Shown piece by piece: positions 18,015-24,068 of a DNA stretch of 24,068 bases. Position numbers and translations under genes: made by a program. Location of the stretch: the IMG/VR virus record IMGVR_UViG_2061766007_000155. The stretch is one strand, 5' to 3'. The notes beneath the pieces are model-generated. The model did no database searches. It saw only the letters and a program-made list of their open reading frames with translations, and had not been told where the DNA came from. The number at the start of each line of letters is the position of its first letter. Position 1 is the first letter of the stretch. This DNA is from an uncultured virus (IMG/VR IMGVR_UViG_2061766007_000155) (Duplodnaviria; Heunggongvirae; Uroviricota; Caudoviricetes).

Positions 18015-18695
18015 ATGATTCTGACGCATGGCGGAAATAGTATTAGTAAAGGTGGGGGATTCCCATCGAGTGCAATGATTGATGGCCGTGAGTATAAAGT
18101 TACTAAAATTGGTAATAAACTCTGGACTTGCAGTAATTATATTCCAAGTTGGGAACCTGTTAATACTGGATATACAGAGTATTGTAGGTGGCAAGGTGGT
18201 AATGCCCTAAATCCTAGTTCAGAAATTAGAGCTAAAGGGATATTCATTAAGCATGCGAATTCAATCGGACTAGGGAACTTTGTTAAATCTTATCTAAGTG
18301 ATGGTTGGAGAGTACCAACTATGGAGGATTATACCTCCTTACTCAATGCCATAGGTGGAAGAGATAATGGATATAAGTTACTTAGCGTTGATGCCATCGG
18401 GTATGATTCGCTAACTCTAACTGATGAATATGGATTTAATTTATTTAACTATGGTATCGGTTCACCAAAATATCCATTCACTGGTAATTATGAATGGAAG
18501 TCTGATGGAGGTAATTATGCGTATTTCATGATTAATATCGAATGGATTGCTGATTCAGATAATTATTATCCATACATTGCATTCATTGACCGTGACCAAG
18601 GATATGAAGGAAAATTATCGTATTCTCGAGAACAGACATATAGTTTGTATTATGAAGCATACTATCCAATCCGTCTCGTAAAAGATGCAACTTAA
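18015..18695 (+). CDS. Stand-alone divergent FISUMP-like protein, 226 aa (AT-rich)
   Basis: AGGAG RBS at 18003-18007. Motifs YKVTKIGNKLW, DGWRVP, TDEYGFNL and PIRLVKD. Confidence 0.8.
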   Translation: MILTHGGNSISKGGGFPSSAMIDGREYKVTKIGNKLWTCSNYIPSWEPVNTGYTEYCRWQGGNALNPSSEIRAKGIFIKHANSIGLGNFVKSYLSDGWRVPTMEDYTSLLNAIGGRDNGYKLLSVDAIGYDSLTLTDEYGFNLFNYGIGSPKYPFTGNYEWKSDGGNYAYFMINIEWIADSDNYYPYIAFIDRDQGYEGKLSYSREQTYSLYYEAYYPIRLVKDAT

Positions 18696-18718
18696 TTTTA
18701 ATCAAAGGATTTTAAATC

Positions 18719-19453
18719 ATGTCAATCTCAACAGAACTCACCCGCATGGCCGGCAACGTAGGTGCCCTCGCCGCCGACACGAACGCAATCTTCGAGGCGC
18801 TCCGTGCGAAGGGCGTGGATGTACCTCCCGGTGCACAGTTGAGTGACGTGGCGGATATGATTGGGGAGATTGTCCCGCCAGAGCCGACCGAGGTCGAAAT
18901 AGGCGGACGTACCTATCCTATAGTCAAGATAGGCGACCAGTGGTGGCTGGCCGAGAACCTGGACTGGAAATTCAGTGGATGCCGGTTCCTCGCGTCGAGC
19001 GCCACAGGATACTCGAACGCATGTGCCTACTACGGAAATGCATCCGACCAACCATACCAGCATTATGGACTTAGCTACGACTACTATGCTTGTCAGGCAC
19101 TTTACGAGGCCAACATACTGCCCGACGGATGGCGAGTCCCCGTCAGGAATGACTATGAGACCCTAATCACGTACATCGGCAATGACGCGAGCAAGGTAAA
19201 ATCGAAAACTAACTGGGAAAACGGCACTGATACCGATGACTACGGGTTCTGCGCATATCCGACCGGTGAACGCCGAGACGACGGTAACTGGTACCAGCTG
19301 AACGAATGTACCGGATTCTGGTTCTTTAAGCCAGGACAGTCTGGTATAGGTTCTGACCAGGTATACCTGCATTACAATAGCGGCAGCGTGACTATTAGGG
19401 GCGTAAACGTGCAGAATTTTTATCCTATCAGGTTAGTCAAAGACGTGACTTAA
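18719..19453 (+). CDS. FISUMP-like head with N-terminal helical anchor, 244 aa
   Basis: MSISTELTR...AKGVDVP...LSDVADMIGEI, then YPIVKIGDQWWLAENL...PDGWRVP...DDYGFCAYPTG...PIRLVKD. Confidence 0.85.
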   Translation: MSISTELTRMAGNVGALAADTNAIFEALRAKGVDVPPGAQLSDVADMIGEIVPPEPTEVEIGGRTYPIVKIGDQWWLAENLDWKFSGCRFLASSATGYSNACAYYGNASDQPYQHYGLSYDYYACQALYEANILPDGWRVPVRNDYETLITYIGNDASKVKSKTNWENGTDTDDYGFCAYPTGERRDDGNWYQLNECTGFWFFKPGQSGIGSDQVYLHYNSGSVTIRGVNVQNFYPIRLVKDVT

Positions 19454-19468
19454 TTAAAGGTATTTATT

Positions 19469-20266
19469 ATGTCAATCCAGTCAGAACTCACCCGCCTCCG
19501 TGCAAACGTCCTCTCCTCCGTCACCACCCAGGCGGCCATCCTCGCCGCCATAGCCGACAAGGGAGTCACGGTGCCTCCCGAGGCGACCCTGCACGACGTC
19601 CCCAGATTAATTGGGGAGATACCAGGACGCGTGCCGGAACCGGTAACCACGGTCACGATAGGAAGCCGGGCGTATCGGACGGTAACCATAGGGAACCAGG
19701 AATGGCTCGCGGAGAACCTCGACTACAAGTTCCAGTACAACGGTTCCGTGCTGCCTATCGGAACCAGCAAACTAACGGCGACATCCCCGGGCGCCTGTTA
19801 CGTTAATGACGCCGAGAGTTCTTATGGAATAGACGGGACGTACAAGTGCGGCCTGCTGTACAACTGGTTCGCCGTCAAGTACCTTGAGGACAACAAGGCC
19901 ACTTTGCTGCCGGAAGGCTGGCATGTCCCGGTATATGCCGAATGGGCCACCCTGTTCAACGAGGTCGGCGGGATTTCCGCCGCGGCGTCAAAACTGAAGG
20001 CTGCCACGGATTCAGTGGTGTCTGAGTACCCGGCAAGCAGTTGGGGCGGCGACTCGGACTCGTACGGGTTTTCTCTGCTTCCGGCAGGCACGTTCTACTA
20101 TGGATATGGCTTTGACGGGTTCGGGGCCGCCTCGCGCCTATGGACCCCGGAAAAGAATAGCAGCGACCTTGGGTTATTGGTTCGGGTCAGCCGCACCACC
20201 ATCGATTCGGATTATGATGGGCGTCCCCACGCAATGTCGGTCCGTCTCGTCAAGGACGCCTCCTAG
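19469..20266 (+). CDS. FISUMP-like head with N-terminal helical anchor, 265 aa
   Basis: MSIQSELTR...DKGVTVP...LHDVPRLIGEI, then YRTVTIGNQEWLAENL...GLLYNW...PEGWHVP...YGFSLLPAG...SVRLVKD. Confidence 0.85.
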   Translation: MSIQSELTRLRANVLSSVTTQAAILAAIADKGVTVPPEATLHDVPRLIGEIPGRVPEPVTTVTIGSRAYRTVTIGNQEWLAENLDYKFQYNGSVLPIGTSKLTATSPGACYVNDAESSYGIDGTYKCGLLYNWFAVKYLEDNKATLLPEGWHVPVYAEWATLFNEVGGISAAASKLKAATDSVVSEYPASSWGGDSDSYGFSLLPAGTFYYGYGFDGFGAASRLWTPEKNSSDLGLLVRVSRTTIDSDYDGRPHAMSVRLVKDAS

Positions 20267-20299
20267 GACGGCCCGGGGTTTCCCGGGAGAATACGGATA

Positions 20300-20307
20300 T
20301 ATAAACT
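20300..20307 (+). promoter_or_regulatory. TATAAACT candidate late promoter
   Basis: Intergenic, 31 nt before the ATG at 20339. Preceded by a small CCCGGG-GTTT-CCCGGG hairpin (20272-20287). Confidence 0.65.
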
Positions 20308-20338
20308 AGAATTAAACAGTTAGAATCCGGAGGATTCC

Positions 20339-21856
20339 ATGGCAGACGAAATTCGTGGTCAGCGGATGAGCGAGTACACCGACATCGACCAGGCGTCGGA
20401 GCTCAGTTCAACCGAAAAGGCGTATTATAAGGCAAACGCAAGGGTCACCACCTTCGGCAAAGTCGATGACGAAGCATCAACGCCAAACAGCAACTATAAC
20501 ATTCCTTTGAGCGAAATCGCCGGGGAAGCACTGCCGACTATTCAAGCCGGCGACGCCGGAAAAGTACTTACAGTCAACGCTAATGAAGATGGTACACAAT
20601 GGGATACAGTGGATGTCCTTCCTGAGATTGACGCGGAACATGATTTTCAAAAAGTACTCACAGTTGCCCAAGGCGGTAACCTTGAATGGTCTGACGTAAA
20701 CATTCCAACATATTCTGCAGATTATCCTATCACGATGTCCGGATATAGCTTCGGATTGAATTATAAAAATGACCAGTTTAAACTTGGCGGGACTAACAAC
20801 AATGAATTAACCCTTACCAATCCGGTGCCTGCACCAGGCACCAATCAACATCGCGGAGAGTTCTTAACGGTAAATAATTCCGATGAAATCGTGTGGGGCG
20901 CTGCACCGGCACCATCAATTAAGGGTTCCGCCACCATTAACTATGACACAGGTAATAGTGGTGCGCTCTCGGTCAAGTACAATAGCGATTCACTCGATTC
21001 CGATGGAACAAACGGCTTGAAAGTGAAACTTCCTGTGCCACCAACCGCAAGTGCAAATGAAGGTGATGTTCTTACTATTGATTCTAATGGTGATATCGGC
21101 TGGGAACCAGTACAAGGGGGTGGCGGTGGTTCGAGCGTACCAGAATATACCGCAGATGATGAAAATAAAGTTTTGGGTGTATTTGTTGATAGAGTATGGG
21201 ATAGGCAAAGTTCTAAATACGTGATTACTGATACTCGTCTTGGGTGGAGAGAGGGGATTCCTGAATTTCCAAATCTCGGCTCCGGCGGCGAATGGGGAGT
21301 GGAACCTGTTGTAAAACTATCATACAACTATAATAATGAATCTGGCGAATATGAAATGTCAAGTAAAGCAGGATTTGCCGGTTGCCCATATAATACATTC
21401 GGCGAAAATGGAAGTGCACAATATGGAACATGGCGTTTCGCAGAATGGGAAGATTATGGAGACTATCCATATTCAGTAGTGAATAATACTTATGTTGCCG
21501 AAATTGATAATAACTGGTTTATAAATTTTGGATATTTAAGAGATGGCTATGACCCTGACCCTGAATATTCGGAACCAGAACATCCTGATGCCAATTCAAT
21601 ACTTTTCAAAGTTAAACATCATGGTGCAATTGTTCCATTTGTGTGCATTGAATTTATCAATGAATCTGGAAAAACTTTAACGGTTTCTGTTGAAAGTGAA
21701 GAAACTGGCGGTGGTTTCGGTGAAACTATGGTTCCTATAACTGATAATGGTGTAAGCGTTAATAACGTAATACCCAATAATACATTTGTTCAAATTACCG
21801 TTCTAGGTCATGGCTATACGATTAAAACACAGTCATCCGAGTTACCGGTACATTAA
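20339..21856 (+). CDS. Fibre-like protein with five (L/V)P..KVLTV..W repeats, 505 aa
   Basis: GGAGG RBS. Repeats LPTIQAGDAGKVLTV..W, LPEIDAEHDFQKVLTV..W, VPAPGTNQHRGEFLTV..W, VPPTASANEGDVLTI..W and VPEYTADDENKVLGV. The C-terminal FVQITVLGHGYTI resembles the adapter domain. Confidence 0.75.
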   Translation: MADEIRGQRMSEYTDIDQASELSSTEKAYYKANARVTTFGKVDDEASTPNSNYNIPLSEIAGEALPTIQAGDAGKVLTVNANEDGTQWDTVDVLPEIDAEHDFQKVLTVAQGGNLEWSDVNIPTYSADYPITMSGYSFGLNYKNDQFKLGGTNNNELTLTNPVPAPGTNQHRGEFLTVNNSDEIVWGAAPAPSIKGSATINYDTGNSGALSVKYNSDSLDSDGTNGLKVKLPVPPTASANEGDVLTIDSNGDIGWEPVQGGGGGSSVPEYTADDENKVLGVFVDRVWDRQSSKYVITDTRLGWREGIPEFPNLGSGGEWGVEPVVKLSYNYNNESGEYEMSSKAGFAGCPYNTFGENGSAQYGTWRFAEWEDYGDYPYSVVNNTYVAEIDNNWFINFGYLRDGYDPDPEYSEPEHPDANSILFKVKHHGAIVPFVCIEFINESGKTLTVSVESEETGGGFGETMVPITDNGVSVNNVIPNNTFVQITVLGHGYTIKTQSSELPVH

Positions 21857-21884
21857 TAACCAATTGTCTTTCTTAAATCTAAAA

Positions 21885-21912
21885 TGGACGGTAGCAATGC
21901 CGTCCACTTTTT
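21885..21912 (+). terminator. Rho-independent terminator
   Basis: TGGACGGTA-GCAA-TGCCGTCCA followed by CTTTTT, about 30 nt after the 21856 stop. Confidence 0.85.
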
Positions 21913-21945
21913 GTTATATTGTATAATAAATAGCAAATTCAAATT

Positions 21946-23719
21946 ATGCCTAAATACACTATCATATCCTACTGTTTCGGCAACTACGACATCCTCCGCG
22001 AACCGGAACACGTCGACCCGGATGCCGAATATGTCTACGTCACCGACAAGGAAATTCCTTCAAAAAACTGGAAGGTCATAGTCGACCCCGTACTATCCAA
22101 GAAGGACCCCCTCTACGCCACCTACTACGTCCGGCACCACCCGTTCGAATTCGCCTCCACCCCGATAGTAGTCACAATCGATTCCTCGGTCCAGATTCAC
22201 GATTCACTGTCCGACATCGTGACCGCGTTCGACAAGTCAGGTTCGGACTACTCCGTGCTCTGCTCCATCTACAAGTCCGATGAGCACAAGATAGAGGAAT
22301 GGCTCAAGCGTAAGCCGGTCCGGGTATCCGGCCACGACGTAGAAGCCCTGAAGAAGTTCATCAAGAAGTTCGGCCAGGAAGGCTGGCGAGGCGCAATCGG
22401 GCAGGCGTTCAACATCTACCGGGATTCTCCATTGATGCGGAAATTTTCCCGGCACGTGTGGCGCTACCTTCTCGCCCTGGGAGAAGACAATAAGCCGGTC
22501 AGGATAGACGAAATAGTGGTCCACAAGCTGCTCGCGAGATACCCGGAGCTAAAGGTATTCGTCACCAGCCTGCAGATAGTGCAGTCCACCTACATGACAT
22601 ACTGCGGGCACTTCACGCAGACTCCTGTCATAACGTACAACAACTACGACCAGTACTACTACCTCTGCAACAAGCCGGTATACCCGCACCGCTTCGACAA
22701 GAAAATCATATTCCCGACAGAATACAGGTACAGGACCGAGGCGATGCTGCTGACCAAGTATCTCAACCCCGATGACATCCGGGAATGGCTGGACCATCAC
22801 CTCAACGTCTGCAAGTTCGACCGAATANNNNNNNNNNTTTCACACAGAACCCGGTGATACAGTACAACAACTACGACCAGTACTACTACCTGTGCAACCG
22901 CCCGGTATACCCGCGCCGTTTCGACAAGCGGATACTGTTCCCGACAGAATACAGGTACAGGACCGAGGCAATGCTCCTTACAAAGTACATCAACCCCGAT
23001 GACCTCCGGGAATGGCTGGACCATCACCTCAACGTCTGCAAGTTCGACCGAATACACGTTTTCGACAACGAGTCCGGCTACGACGTCAAGTCAATCTGCG
23101 AGGAATACGGTGGCAGGGTCACGTACGAGCTCGTCGAGGGACAGGCCTACCAGTACCGCCTCTACGACTCCTACGTCGAGTGCCGCTCCAACGCCGAATG
23201 GATAATCCCGCTCGATGACGACGAATTCCTGGACATAGGCGGCTTCCCGTCAATCTACGACGGGGTCATGTACTACCGGAACAAGTTCCCCCACATGGAC
23301 ATGTTCGCCATCCGCTGGAAGCACCTGTTCCCGAAGAAGTTCAAGGAGGAACGCACAGGGAAGGTACTGGAGTACTGCACCGAGGAGAACCCGGAGCTCG
23401 CCAAGAAGTTCATGTGGCTTGGCGACGGTACCGTCAAGACAATCGTCAGGAGGTACGGCCTGATTCACTACGAGGAAACCTGGGAGAACCCCTGCGGCGG
23501 ACACGTGCCGAAGAACTCGGTGTTCCTGGGGGCGTTGCTGCCCGACGGTAGGAACATCCAAGGAGTCGGCATACCGAAATGTCCGTATAAATTGTACGAC
23601 GAGCGCATGAGGATACTGCACTGCCGGTACAAGGGACCGAAGGACTATGCCGCTAAGATGTCCACGGCGATGACGGTGTCCGACAGCGTGCAGAGGAAAA
23701 AGTCCTGGCAGTTCGACGA
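21946..23719 (+). CDS. Two-domain glycosyltransferase, DUF616-like N-terminus plus GT92/GT2-like C-terminus (about 522 aa reconstructed, split over contigs)
   Basis: N-domain YTIISYCFGNYDILREP..YVYVTD...VTIDSS. C-domain IREWLDHHL..FDRIHVFDNES...Q..Y...EWIIPLDDDEFL (DxD). Reconstruction: 21946-22827, then 23055-23719, then the tail taken from 16200-16530 on the minus strand. Confidence 0.8.
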
Positions 23720-23729
23720 NNNNNNNNNN

Positions 23730-24068
23730 ATGATGCGGAAATTTTCCCGGCACGTGTGGCGCTACCTGCTCGCCCTGGGAGAAGACAACAAGCCGGTCAG
23801 GATAGACGAAATAGTGGTCCACAAGCTGCTCGCGAGATANNNNNNNNNNACTTCCCGTCAATCTACGACGGTGTCATGTACTACCGGAACAAGTTCCCAC
23901 ACATGGACATGTTCGCCATCCGCTGGAAACACCTGTTCCCGAAGAGGTTCAAGGAGGAACGCACCGGGAAAGTGCTGGAGTACTGCACCGAGGAGAACCT
24001 GGAGCTCGCCAAGAAGTTCATGTGGCTTGGCGACGGTACCGTCAAGACAATCGTCAGGAGGTACGGCC
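23730..24068 (+). repeat. Two SNP-variant fragments of the glycosyltransferase gene
   Basis: 23730-23839 duplicates about 22432-22541. 23850-24068 duplicates about 23242-23460. Substitutions are mostly synonymous. Confidence 0.9.

Noticed and set aside
12880..20266. Complete diversity-generating retroelement
   Set aside because: No reverse transcriptase and no template/variable repeat pair with adenine-specific mismatches is visible. Differences in the closest shared segment between heads are largely synonymous third-position changes. A system acting in trans is not excluded.
1..24068. Stop-codon recoding as in some jumbo phages
   Set aside because: TAG, TAA and TGA all terminate genes at sensible positions next to terminators or downstream starts, and coding density is high under code 11.
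1..24068. CRISPR array, tRNA, IS element or integrase
   Set aside because: No regularly spaced repeats, cloverleaf, terminal inverted repeats or recombinase motifs seen.

Overview
This window is not one contiguous molecule. It is about 20 short assembly contigs joined by N spacers (mostly 10 N). Many contig ends overlap another contig by exactly 50 nt (de Bruijn branch points) and carry strain SNPs, so several ORFs in the track are chimeras. Re-joining by overlap and reading frame gives one locus from what is most likely a large, T4-like/jumbo-type phage using genetic code 11; a Fibrobacter-type gut/rumen host is only an inference from the Fib_succ_major domains. Contents: the 3' end of an AAA+ ATPase, a DUF4422 glycosyltransferase, hypothetical genes including a reconstructed 660-aa protein, a DUF616-like/GT92-like fused glycosyltransferase (about 522 aa reconstructed), and a cluster of 11 fibre/adhesin-like genes. 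Six of these carry Fib_succ_major (FISUMP-like) heads and two carry LamG-like heads. One long fibre has two complete alternative C-terminal halves plus a stub of a third. A TATAAACT motif lies 26-31 nt before four gene starts and is a candidate phage late promoter. The most interesting signal is a modular system in which lectin-like head cassettes occupy equivalent slots on fibre and adapter scaffolds. No reverse transcriptase, recombinase, CRISPR array or tRNA is visible.
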